In this document: one piece after another, positions 49,945-58,701 of the stretch
Position numbering within the stretch: position 1 is the stretch's first letter
Layout of the letters: each line of letters starts with the position of its first letter
Source: Escherichia coli
GTDB taxonomy: Bacteria > Pseudomonadota > Gammaproteobacteria > Enterobacterales > Enterobacteriaceae
Length of the DNA: 64,000 bases
Assembly: GCF_009931435.1 (NCBI RefSeq)
Contig: NZ_CP043414.1
Direction: 5' to 3' (one strand)
Program-made: the position numbers and the translations under genes
The notes under the pieces: generated by a model
Database searches by the model: none
The model's input: the letters and a program-made list of their open reading frames with translations, nothing else
Told to the model about the DNA's origin: nothing

Positions 49945-50960
49945 AAATCCACCCCGTAAATCCAGTCAGTGTTCGTCAGGTCGAGTTTTGGTTTGCCGGC
50001 TGTCACGCCAGCCTGTTGCTTGTTTCGGTTGATTTCGAGCTGGGTCCACTTGTCGCGGAGTTTGGCCGGACTCAGCACGTTACCGGACCAGAAGTTGTCC
50101 TGGCATGCCCAGCGGAACAGCACGCACATGTCGCGGTGGTTACGTCCGTCACGTTCACGCATCAGGCGGATATCGTTAGCCCACCCTGCAAAATTCGGTT
50201 TTCTGGCTGATGGCGCGATGGTCTTCACCATGTCAAACATCCACTCTGCGGCGGTCAGGTCTTCTGCTGTCCCCCACTTGCTGCCACTCTGAATTGCAGC
50301 ATCCGGTTTCACCACAGGAAGGTCGTTTTCTGGCTGGTCAGAGGATTCGCCAGAATTCTCGGACGAAAAAGGTTTTATATTGTCTTTTGTTAGTTTGTCT
50401 TTTGTGTTTACCTGATTCGGGTAAACGCCTTTACCTGATTTGGGTAAACTTTTCTTACCTGATTCAGGTAAATTTACCTCTTTCAGGTAAACTTTATTTT
50501 TCTTACCTGATTCGGGTAATGTTGACCATTCACTGACCACATTATTAATGCCGATATTTCGCCCGCTCTGAATAAGAATCCCACGCTTTACCAGAACGCT
50601 TTTTGCAGCAGAACACTTGTGCGGCAATATCCCGGTCAATTCGGAAAGTTGCTCGTTGCTCACCCAATCCAGTCTTTTATTAAAGCCATATGTTTTGCGC
50701 ATGACAGCCAGGAAGACCAGAAGCTGGTGCTGTGTTAATCCGGCCAGCATCACAGCTTCCAGCAACTCATTTGCAATGCGCGTATAACCATCATCGAGAT
50801 CTGCCACGCGCGGCTCCTTTTGTGCCGCATCCGGCACTGGAAAATTGAATATCTCAGCAGTGTTTGCCATAATTCCTCCCGCAATGAGTGTGTTACGATT
50901 TGCACCTGAAAGTCGGTTCTGTTCCCGCAGACCGACTTTCGCCATTTCTGAACCTATCAT
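49941..50960 (-). CDS. O: Replication initiator O (lambda-like C-terminal half; non-lambda N-terminal half and iterons)
   Basis: ORF track 339 aa; contains ori iterons and AT-rich segment; start overlaps upstream stop (ATGA). Confidence 0.85.
   Translation of the reverse strand: MIGSEMAKVGLREQNRLSGANRNTLIAGGIMANTAEIFNFPVPDAAQKEPRVADLDDGYTRIANELLEAVMLAGLTQHQLLVFLAVMRKTYGFNKRLDWVSNEQLSELTGILPHKCSAAKSVLVKRGILIQSGRNIGINNVVSEWSTLPESGKKNKVYLKEVNLPESGKKSLPKSGKGVYPNQVNTKDKLTKDNIKPFSSENSGESSDQPENDLPVVKPDAAIQSGSKWGTAEDLTAAEWMFDMVKTIAPSARKPNFAGWANDIRLMRERDGRNHRDMCVLFRWACQDNFWSGNVLSPAKLRDKWTQLEINRNKQQAGVTAGKPKLDLTNTDWIYGVDL
50405..50525. repeat. Phage replication origin: about five iterons of the form TACCTGATTCGGGTAAAC inside the O gene
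   Basis: Direct repeats each with internal dyad TACC..GGTA, read on the + strand; adjacent AT-rich stretch. Confidence 0.7.
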
Positions 50961-51496
50961 ATTGCCCCCAGCATGGTGGTCACCATCGCCATTAATGGAC
51001 CAGCCAGATCCGGGTCCACACGAAACATCGACACAATACCTTCACTCATTTCCTTCAGTTTCTGGTGGCGTGGTGCGTTGAGAATGACAGCCTGTTTTGC
51101 CTCACTGAGTTCCTTTTCCATTTCAGCCAACCGAGTCATGAAGCTATCCTGCTCAACCAGGTAACCGCGATATTCCAGCGGTAGTACCGCCAGAATTGCC
51201 GGGGTCAGTTCACGCACGTTATTTCGGTATTTTTCAGAATCGAATTTGTTATCGAGGAAGCGGAACAGCTTCTGGCGTGCACGGCTGACATCATCAGGGA
51301 AATCGATGGTGCCGTCGCCCTGCTCCCGATACTCATTCACAATGAGTGCGGCAACGACATCCTGATTATCTACAGCCGACCAGGCGCGGACGGCATCACG
51401 GATTTTTTCGTGGCCTGGAGCTTGTTTTGTTTGAGAACGATTTATCACCGCAGTCGGAATAAATCCGCTAGTCTGTTGGTATGTAAGTGGTTGCAT
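50957..51496 (-). CDS. YdaT-like protein at the cII position
   Basis: ORF track 179 aa; follows the Cro-like gene and is coupled to O. Confidence 0.55.
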   Translation of the reverse strand: MQPLTYQQTSGFIPTAVINRSQTKQAPGHEKIRDAVRAWSAVDNQDVVAALIVNEYREQGDGTIDFPDDVSRARQKLFRFLDNKFDSEKYRNNVRELTPAILAVLPLEYRGYLVEQDSFMTRLAEMEKELSEAKQAVILNAPRHQKLKEMSEGIVSMFRVDPDLAGPLMAMVTTMLGAI

Positions 51497-51565
51497 AATT
51501 GACTCCTTTAGTTTGAATTGACTGTTAAGTTGATTGCTTATTGTTAAAGAGCGTGAAATGGAAAT

Positions 51566-51796
51566 TTAAGCTGCGTTCTTTTCGGTGTGTGGAAACAACT
51601 TCGGAAGATCCGGGCGAATCTGGTATGCCTTCACAACTCCACCAGTAGCCGTAACAATGCTGCCGACATGTTCAGGGGATACCTTTGCTTTGTTGTGAAG
51701 CCACTTATAGACGGCCTGCTGTGAAACTTCGCAGGCATCGCCTAGTTTCTTTTGTGAACCAACGATATTGATCGCTGTTTTGATTGCTGGGTTCAT
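51566..51796 (-). CDS. Cro/YdaS-like HTH regulator
   Basis: ORF track 76 aa; HTH (QQAVYKWL); divergent from repressor gene. Confidence 0.7.
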   Translation of the reverse strand: MNPAIKTAINIVGSQKKLGDACEVSQQAVYKWLHNKAKVSPEHVGSIVTATGGVVKAYQIRPDLPKLFPHTEKNAA

Positions 51797-51900
51797 AACA
51801 ACCTCCGTGGTTAATCCGAATCAAGATTAAAACTATGGTTGTTTTTAGTCAACAACCATTTTCGTTTGATGAAATAAAACCTTGGTTGTACATTTGATCT
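51797..51900. promoter_or_regulatory. Right operator/divergent promoter region with ATGGTTGTT-N7-AACAACCAT palindrome and extra TGGTTGT half-sites
   Basis: Inverted repeat read at about 51835..51859 between the divergent repressor and cro-like genes. Confidence 0.55.
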
Positions 51901-52590
51901 ATGAAAACAACACTCTCAGAAAGACTTAAAGAAGCCAGATTAGCGCGAGGCCTTACACAAAAGGCGCTTGGGGATTTGGTCGGGGTTAGCCAGGCTGCTA
52001 TTCAGAAAATCGAAACAGGGAAAGCTAACCAAACAACTAAAATCGTGGAGATCGCGAACGCTTTGGGTGTACGCGCAGAATGGTTATCTTCTGGCGTTGG
52101 AAATATGTCAGACAGTACAGTGCAACCAATACAATCAACTGTCAGCCATTCCAAATACTTCAAAATTGACGTTCTTGATATAGAAGTCAGTGCCGGGCCA
52201 GGTGTAATCAACCGTGAGTTTGTAGAAGTTCTACGCTCGGTTGAGTACTCGTTTGACGATGCTCGTCACATGTTCGATGGCAGGAAGGCGGAAAATATCC
52301 GCATCATTAACGTGCGAGGTGACAGCATGTCAGGGACGATCGAACCAGGTGACCTGCTGTTCGTTGATATCACTGTTAAATCTTTCGACGGTGATGGCAT
52401 CTATGCGTTTCTGTACGACGACACTGCCCATGTAAAACGTCTTCAAATGATGAAGGATAAGCTGCTGGTTATCTCTGATAACAAGAGCTACTCGCCGTGG
52501 GACCCGATCGAGAAAGACGAGATGAACCGGGTGTTCATATTCGGTAAGGTCATTGGAAGCATGCCGCAGACGTACAGGAAGCATGGTTAA
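51901..52590 (+). CDS. Prophage repressor, LexA/S24-peptidase type (CI analogue)
   Basis: ORF track 229 aa; N-terminal HTH plus C-terminal autoproteolysis domain. Confidence 0.85.
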   Translation: MKTTLSERLKEARLARGLTQKALGDLVGVSQAAIQKIETGKANQTTKIVEIANALGVRAEWLSSGVGNMSDSTVQPIQSTVSHSKYFKIDVLDIEVSAGPGVINREFVEVLRSVEYSFDDARHMFDGRKAENIRIINVRGDSMSGTIEPGDLLFVDITVKSFDGDGIYAFLYDDTAHVKRLQMMKDKLLVISDNKSYSPWDPIEKDEMNRVFIFGKVIGSMPQTYRKHG

Positions 52591-52819
52591 TTTATCTACG
52601 ACTTAAGGGAGCGAAGGTTAAGGTTTATACCACTCGGATTAGATATTGCACTAAATTCTCTATAAGAACGCCAAATCTGTTTGCATATTTCAGTAAATAT
52701 TCTCGTTGTTAGCTGAGATTTGTTGCTACTGTCAGCAAAATGTCTCCCTATCTCGTAGCGGTTTTTATTTCGAATCATTATGTTAAGATGTTTCTGATTA
52801 TAATGAATGGAAACATAAA

Positions 52820-53200
52820 ATGAGAAAAATCCTAATCGCTGCCATGATGGCATCTGTATTGGCTGGGTGTGCTTCTTCAGGCAACCAGCAACTCAAAAAT
52901 GAAACTGAAATTAGTGTCCAGTCTAAACTTCAGGAAGGTAAAACAACCAAGAATGAGGTTAAATCTTACTTTGGTTCTCCTGATGCTGTTTCATATACTG
53001 ACAGTGGAAAGGAGATCTGGAAGTACGCCTTTGCAAAAGTAAAAGTTAATGGCACCACTTTTATTCCATTCTATGGATTATTCCATAACGGAACGAACGG
53101 TACGAAAAAAGAACTTACTATTCTTTTTAACGATGACACGATTAAGAAATACACAATGTCAGAAACCCAAATAAACTCGAAATCAGGTTGGGCTGACTGA
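52820..53200 (+). CDS. Putative lipoprotein, unknown function (cargo gene downstream of repressor)
   Basis: ORF track 126 aa; signal peptide with lipobox LAGC; own terminator downstream. Confidence 0.7.
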   Translation: MRKILIAAMMASVLAGCASSGNQQLKNETEISVQSKLQEGKTTKNEVKSYFGSPDAVSYTDSGKEIWKYAFAKVKVNGTTFIPFYGLFHNGTNGTKKELTILFNDDTIKKYTMSETQINSKSGWAD

Positions 53201-53217
53201 TAATCATACCCGGCAAC

Positions 53218-53246
53218 CGCGCCGGGTTTTCTTTTCCTCCCCCTCA
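53218..53246 (+). terminator. Intrinsic terminator after the lipoprotein gene
   Basis: Hairpin cccggc-aaccgc-gccggg followed by ttttctttt. Confidence 0.65.
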
Positions 53247-53476
53247 TAACTCATACCGTCCAAAAAACCACCACACCTCACTTCAGTTATCGCTATGCGA
53301 TGCAAGTCACAAAATAAATCCATCCTAAATACAACCAGTTATATTTAAAACAACCGATAAAACAACTTTTGTTGTTGACGATAAAACAACTATAGTTTTA
53401 AATAAATTCATCGCAACGACACAACGATACGGTAACCACCTGTTTCACCGTTGCGATGACCGCTTAGATCCGCAGT

Positions 53477-53887
53477 TTGAATTTCAGCAGGCTTCGGGGA
53501 GTGCGAGGGGTGAAACGGACGCGTGAACGTCGGTGTGACCAGCTGAAATCAACACAACACTTTATACCTCAGTCGCTTCAACGAGGCGGCTTAGTTATGA
53601 CAACCGGCGGCCATCCACCGCCTGAATACGCGCAGAAGTCTCTATATGTTCAGCAGCCCAGCTTACGGGCAGGAGTTTTTATGGTTCATCAACATTACGG
53701 AACGCAGACCGTTAATCGAGGTGCGGTCATGCCAGGAATGCTGGTCAAACACAAAGATGGTACCTGGACTGCATCAGCTAATTTACGCGGACGGCTTTAT
53801 CTGCATCGCGGCATCGAGCGCACTTATACCCGTGATTTGCTCGTGGAAGTTTTTCTCGACGGACGCGGTAACGGCCTGAATCGCTAA
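53477..53887 (+). CDS. Hypothetical protein at the early-left position (possible start at 53597)
   Basis: ORF track 136 aa from a non-ATG start; first ATG (MTTGG...) has a weak RBS; in frame with and 75 bp upstream of gam. Confidence 0.4.
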   Translation: MNFSRLRGVRGVKRTRERRCDQLKSTQHFIPQSLQRGGLVMTTGGHPPPEYAQKSLYVQQPSLRAGVFMVHQHYGTQTVNRGAVMPGMLVKHKDGTWTASANLRGRLYLHRGIERTYTRDLLVEVFLDGRGNGLNR

Positions 53888-53962
53888 TCCCCTTTCCTGT
53901 TTTCCTAATCAGCCTGGCATTTCGCGGGCGATATTTTCACAGCCATTTTCAGGAGTTCAGCC

Positions 53963-54259
53963 ATGAACGCTTATTACATTCAGGATCGTCTTGAGGCTCA
54001 GAGCTGGGCGCGTTACTACCAGCAGATCGCCCGTGAAGAGAAAGAGGCAGAACTGGCAGACGACATGGAAAAAGGCCTGCCCCAGCACCTGTTTGAATCG
54101 CTATGCATCGATCATTTGCAACGCCACGGGGCCAGCAAAAAAGCCATTACCCGTGCGTTTGATGACGATGTTGAGTTTCAGGAGCGCATGGCAGAACACA
54201 TCCGGTACATGGTTGAAACCATTGCTCACCACCAGGTTGATATTGATTCAGAGGTATAA
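53963..54259 (+). CDS. gam: RecBCD inhibitor Gam (short form)
   Basis: ORF track 98 aa; recognised lambda Gam C-terminus ...[10 protein letters not shown]. Confidence 0.9.
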   Translation: MNAYYIQDRLEAQSWARYYQQIAREEKEAELADDMEKGLPQHLFESLCIDHLQRHGASKKAITRAFDDDVEFQERMAEHIRYMVETIAHHQVDIDSEV

Positions 54260-54264
54260 AACGG

Positions 54265-55050
54265 ATGAGTACAGCACTCGCAACGCTGGCAGGGAAGCTG
54301 GCTGAACGTGTCGGCATGGATTCTGTCGACCCACAGGAACTGATCACCACTCTTCGCCAGACGGCATTTAAAGGTGATGCCAGCGATGCGCAGTTCATCG
54401 CATTGCTGATCGTCGCCAACCAGTACGGCCTTAATCCGTGGACGAAAGAAATTTACGCCTTCCCTGATAAGCAGAACGGCATCGTTCCGGTGGTGGGCGT
54501 TGATGGCTGGTCCCGCATCATCAATGAAAACCAGCAGTTTGATGGCATGGACTTTGAGCAGGACAACGAATCCTGTACATGCCGGATTTACCGCAAGGAC
54601 CGTAATCATCCGATCTGCGTTACCGAATGGATGGATGAATGCCGCCGCGAACCATTCAAAACCCGCGAAGGCAGAGAAATCACGGGGCCGTGGCAGTCGC
54701 ATCCCAAACGGATGTTACGGCATAAAGCCATGATTCAGTGTGCCCGTCTGGCCTTCGGATTTGCTGGTATCTATGACAAGGATGAAGCCGAGCGCATTGT
54801 CGAAAATACTGCATACACTGCAGAACGTCAGCCAGAACGCGACATCACTCCGGTTAACGATGAAACCATGCAGGAGATTAACACTCTGCTGATCGCCCTG
54901 GATAAAACATGGGATGACGACTTATTGCCGCTCTGTTCCCAGATATTTCGCCGCGACATTCGCGCATCGTCAGAACTGACACAGGCCGAAGCAGTGAAAG
55001 CTCTTGGATTCCTGAAACAGAAAGCCACTGAGCAGAAGGTGGCAGCATGA
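54265..55050 (+). CDS. bet: Single-strand annealing recombinase Bet
   Basis: ORF track 261 aa; lambda Bet-like. Confidence 0.95.
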   Translation: MSTALATLAGKLAERVGMDSVDPQELITTLRQTAFKGDASDAQFIALLIVANQYGLNPWTKEIYAFPDKQNGIVPVVGVDGWSRIINENQQFDGMDFEQDNESCTCRIYRKDRNHPICVTEWMDECRREPFKTREGREITGPWQSHPKRMLRHKAMIQCARLAFGFAGIYDKDEAERIVENTAYTAERQPERDITPVNDETMQEINTLLIALDKTWDDDLLPLCSQIFRRDIRASSELTQAEAVKALGFLKQKATEQKVAA

Positions 55051-55727
55051 TACCGGACATTATCCTGCAGCGTACCGGGATCGACGTGAGAGCTGTCGAA
55101 CAGGGGGATGATGCATGGCACAAATTACGGCTCGGCGTCATCACCGCTTCAGAAGTTCACAACGTGATAGCAAAGCCCCGCTCAGGAAAGAAGTGGCCTG
55201 ACATGAAAATGTCCTACTTCCACACCCTGCTGGCTGAGGTTTGCACCGGTGTGGCTCCGGAAGTTAATGCTAAGGCGCTGGCCTGGGGAAAACAGTACGA
55301 GAACGACGCCAGAACCCTGTTTGAATTCACTTCCGGCGTGAATATTACTGAATCCCCGATCATCTATCGCGACGAAAGTATGCGCACCGCCTGCTCTCCC
55401 GATGGTTTATGCAGTGACGGCAACGGCCTTGAACTGAAATGCCCGTTTACCTCCCGGGATTTCATGAAATTCCGGCTCGGTGGTTTCGAGGCAATAAAAT
55501 CGGCTTACATGGCCCAGGTGCAGTACAGCATGTGGGTGACGCGAAAAGATGCCTGGTACTTTGCCAACTATGACCCGCGCATGAAGCGTGAAGGCCTGCA
55601 TTATGTCGTGATTGAGCGGAATGAAAAGTACATGGCGAGTTTTGACGAGATGGTGCCGGAGTTCATCGAAAAAATGGACGAGGCACTGGCTGAAATTGGT
55701 TTTGTATTTGGGGAGCAATGGCGATGA
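55047..55727 (+). CDS. exo: 5'-3' exonuclease Exo
   Basis: ORF track 226 aa; lambda Exo-like. Confidence 0.95.
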   Translation: MIPDIILQRTGIDVRAVEQGDDAWHKLRLGVITASEVHNVIAKPRSGKKWPDMKMSYFHTLLAEVCTGVAPEVNAKALAWGKQYENDARTLFEFTSGVNITESPIIYRDESMRTACSPDGLCSDGNGLELKCPFTSRDFMKFRLGGFEAIKSAYMAQVQYSMWVTRKDAWYFANYDPRMKREGLHYVVIERNEKYMASFDEMVPEFIEKMDEALAEIGFVFGEQWR

Positions 55728-55906
55728 CGCATCCTCACGATAATATCCGGGTAGGCGCGATCACTTTCGTCTACTCCGTTACAAAGCGAGGCTGGGTATT
55801 TCCCGGCCTTTCTGTTATCAGAAATCCACTGAAAGCACAGCGGCTGGCTGAGAAGATAAATAATAAACGGGAGGCGGTATGCACAAAGCATCTCCTGTTG
55901 AGTTAA
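55718..55906 (+). CDS. Small hypothetical protein (lambda orf60a-like)
   Basis: ORF track 62 aa; overlaps exo stop. Confidence 0.5.
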   Translation: MAMTHPHDNIRVGAITFVYSVTKRGWVFPGLSVIRNPLKAQRLAEKINNKREAVCTKHLLLS

Positions 55907-56070
55907 GAACGAGTATTGAGATGGCACATAGCCTTGCTCAAATTGGAGTCAGGTTTGTGCCAATACCAGTAGAAACAGACGAAGAATTTCATACGTTAGC
56001 CACATCCCTTTCACAAAAGCTGGAAATGATGGTGGCGAAAGCAGAAGCAGATGAGAGAGACCAGGTATGA
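55879..56070 (+). CDS. Small hypothetical protein (lambda orf63-like)
   Basis: ORF track 63 aa. Confidence 0.5.
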   Translation: MHKASPVELRTSIEMAHSLAQIGVRFVPIPVETDEEFHTLATSLSQKLEMMVAKAEADERDQV

Positions 56071-56146
56071 CAACCACTGAATGCATTTTTCTGGCAGCGG
56101 GCTTCATATTCTGTGTGCTTATGCTTGCCGACATGGGGCTTGTTCA

Positions 56147-56362
56147 ATGACACCTCAGCAAGAAAACGCCCTTCGCAGCATTGCCCGTCAGGCTAATTCT
56201 GAAATCAAAAAAGCCAGACAGCATTTTCCGGATAAAAACGTCGATGACATTTGCCGTAGCGTACTAAAGAAGCACCGCGAAACGGTAACGCTGATGGGAT
56301 TCACACCGACTCATTTAAGCCTGGCGATCGGCATGTTGAACGGCGTCTTTAAGGAACGGTGA
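56147..56362 (+). CDS. Small hypothetical protein (lambda orf61-like)
   Basis: ORF track 56081..56362; internal Met (MTPQQEN...) chosen. Confidence 0.5.
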   Translation: MTPQQENALRSIARQANSEIKKARQHFPDKNVDDICRSVLKKHRETVTLMGFTPTHLSLAIGMLNGVFKER

Positions 56363-56460
56363 ACATGAAAAGCAAAATCATCAGGGAGCTACAGGCTCCT
56401 TTTTTATTATTCGCATTTACCCTCAAGCGTATTAACCAACAATTCAGGGATTAATGAAAG

Positions 56461-56679
56461 ATGGCAGACATCATTGATTCAGCATCAGAAATCGAAGAAT
56501 TACAGCGCAATACAGCAATAAAAATGCGTCGTCTGAACTACCAGACTGTATCCGCAACTCATTGTTGTGAGTGTGGCGATCCGATAGATGAGCGAAGACG
56601 CCTGGCTGTTCAGGGTTGTCGGACTTGTGCGAGTTGCCAGGAGGAGATCGAACTTAAGAACAAACAATGGGGACTGTGA
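56461..56679 (+). CDS. DksA/TraR-family C4 zinc-finger protein (lambda Orf73-like)
   Basis: ORF track 72 aa; CxxC...CxxC motif. Confidence 0.7.
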   Translation: MADIIDSASEIEELQRNTAIKMRRLNYQTVSATHCCECGDPIDERRRLAVQGCRTCASCQEEIELKNKQWGL

Positions 56680-56726
56680 TGGCCTCAAAGCAGCAAATTT
56701 CAACATCGTCCAACTGAGGTGTAAAA

Positions 56727-57005
56727 ATGTTCAGAATCATTTTTCCTAACACCTGGTACGTCGACCACCACGGCACTCCCTGCAAAATCCTGCGTTCTAC
56801 CCACAACAAAGTTCACTACATCCGAAAAGGCAGAACATGTATCGCCAGCATGTTCCGCTTTAATCATGACTTTGAACCTGTGAATAAAGCTGATGCAGAT
56901 CGGATAGCAGAAGAGATCGAAACGGCAGAACACATTAAGAAGTTACGTGACATGCGTTCAAAAAGCAGAGGTAACCATGGAATCATACAGCCTCACACTC
57001 GATGA
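56727..57005 (+). CDS. Hypothetical protein
   Basis: ORF track 92 aa; between the traR-like gene and xis. Confidence 0.4.
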   Translation: MFRIIFPNTWYVDHHGTPCKILRSTHNKVHYIRKGRTCIASMFRFNHDFEPVNKADADRIAEEIETAEHIKKLRDMRSKSRGNHGIIQPHTR

Positions 57006-57348
57006 GGCCTGTCAGTTTCTTAAGATATCCAGACCAACCGCCACCAACTGGATACGAACAGGCCGCCTACAGGCAACACGTAAAGATCCAACCAAGCCAA
57101 AATCTCCTTACCTCACAACACGGCAAGCCTGCATTGCGGCGCTTCAGTCTCCGCTGCATACTGTCCAGGTGAGCGCGGGTGATGGCATAACAGAGGAAAG
57201 AAAATGTCACTCTTCCGCAGAAATGAAATATGGTATGCCTCGTATTCGCTCCCGGGCGGGAAACGAATTAAGGAATCTCTTGGCACAAAGGACAAGCGGC
57301 AAGCTCAGGAGTTGCACGACAAGCGAAAAGCAGAACTCTGGCGAGTAG
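56977..57348 (+). CDS. xis: Putative excisionase (HTH, AlpA/Xis-like N-terminus); 3' end uncertain, overlaps int
   Basis: ORF track 56947..57348; internal Met MESYSL..; N-terminal HTH; position upstream of int. Confidence 0.5.
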
Positions 57349-58367
57349 AAAAGCTAGGGGATTTACCTGATGTCACTTTTGAAGAGGCCTGCCTAAGATG
57401 GCTTGAGGAAAAAGCTGATAAAAAATCTCTCGATTCAGATAAAAGCCGGATTGAGTTCTGGCTTGAACATTTTGAGGGTATAAGGCTTAAAGATATCTCG
57501 GAGGCAAAGATTTACTCTGCTGTAAGCAGAATGCATAACAGAAAGACGAAAGAAATATGGAAACAGAAAGTTCAGGCCGCCATCAGGAAAGGTAAAGAAC
57601 TGCCTGTTTATGAACCAAAGCCAGTATCAACTCAGACAAAGGCAAAGCATCTTGCCATGATAAAGGCCATTCTCCGTGCTGCAGAACGCGACTGGAAGTG
57701 GCTGGAAAAAGCGCCTGTCATCAAGATACCAGCGGTCAGAAACAAGCGAGTCAGATGGCTGGAAAAGGAGGAAGCAAAACGCCTTATTGATGAGTGCCCC
57801 GAACCACTGAAATCTGTCGTCAAGTTTGCGCTGGCAACTGGTCTGAGAAAGTCGAACATCATAAATCTGGAATGGCAACAAATCGACATGCAGCGACGAG
57901 TTGCCTGGGTGAATCCAGAAGAGAGCAAATCAAACCGCGCCATTGGTGTGGCGCTGAACGATACCGCCTGTAAAGTGTTGCGTGATCAAATAGGCAAGCA
58001 TCACAAATGGGTGTTTGTACATACCAAGGCGGCTAAGCGAGCAGATGGAACATCAACGCCTGCGGTCAGGAAGATGCGCATCGACAGCAAGACATCATGG
58101 CTATCAGCTTGTCGTCGTGCAGGAATTGAAGATTTCCGTTTCCATGACCTCAGACACACCTGGGCAAGCTGGCTGATTCAGTCAGGCGTCCCATTATCAG
58201 TGCTTCAGGAAATGGGCGGATGGGAGTCCATAGAAATGGTTCGTAGGTATGCTCACCTTGCGCCTAATCATTTGACAGAGCATGCGAGGAAAATAGACGA
58301 CATTTTTGGTGATAATGTCCCAAATATGTCCCACTCTGAAATTATGGAGGATATAAAGAAGGCGTAA
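57204..58367 (+). CDS. intD: Tyrosine integrase (DLP12 IntD-like)
   Basis: ORF track 387 aa; C-terminal catalytic domain; adjacent to tRNA-Arg. Confidence 0.9.
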
Positions 58368-58382
58368 CTGATTGAATTGTAA

Positions 58383-58459
58383 TGGCGCGCCCTGCAGGAT
58401 TCGAACCTGCGGCCCACGACTTAGAAGGTCGTTGCTCTATCCAACTGAGCTAAGGGCGC
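58383..58459 (-). tRNA. argU: tRNA-Arg (anticodon UCU, argU)
   Basis: 77-nt sequence with CCA end matching argU by recall; its 3' 45 nt is the prophage attachment repeat. Confidence 0.88.
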
Positions 58460-58701
58460 GTTGATACCGCAATGCGGTGTAATCGCGTGAATTATACGGT
58501 CAACCCTTGCTGAGTCAATGGCTTTTGATCTGGTTGCTGAACAAGTGAACGACCGCGTCTGATTTTCTGATTTATTTCGCTATAGCGGCAAACAAACGTA
58601 CACCGCTGCGCGTCTGAATCAAGAAAACCCGTATTTTCATGTATCAAAGTACAATTTCCCGCCCTAACGGAAAATTGTCCGATCCTATGAGACTGATAAC
58701 T

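Noticed and set aside
50405-50525. Possible CRISPR-like array from the regular repeats in O
   Set aside because: Repeats are about 18 bp iterons with irregular short spacing inside a coding region and no cas genes nearby; they are replication-origin iterons
53477-53887. Calling this ORF an N-type antiterminator because of the arginine-rich N-terminus
   Set aside because: The Arg-rich segment depends on a non-ATG start, no boxA/boxB-like nut site was found, and there is no sequence similarity to N proteins I can recall; left as hypothetical
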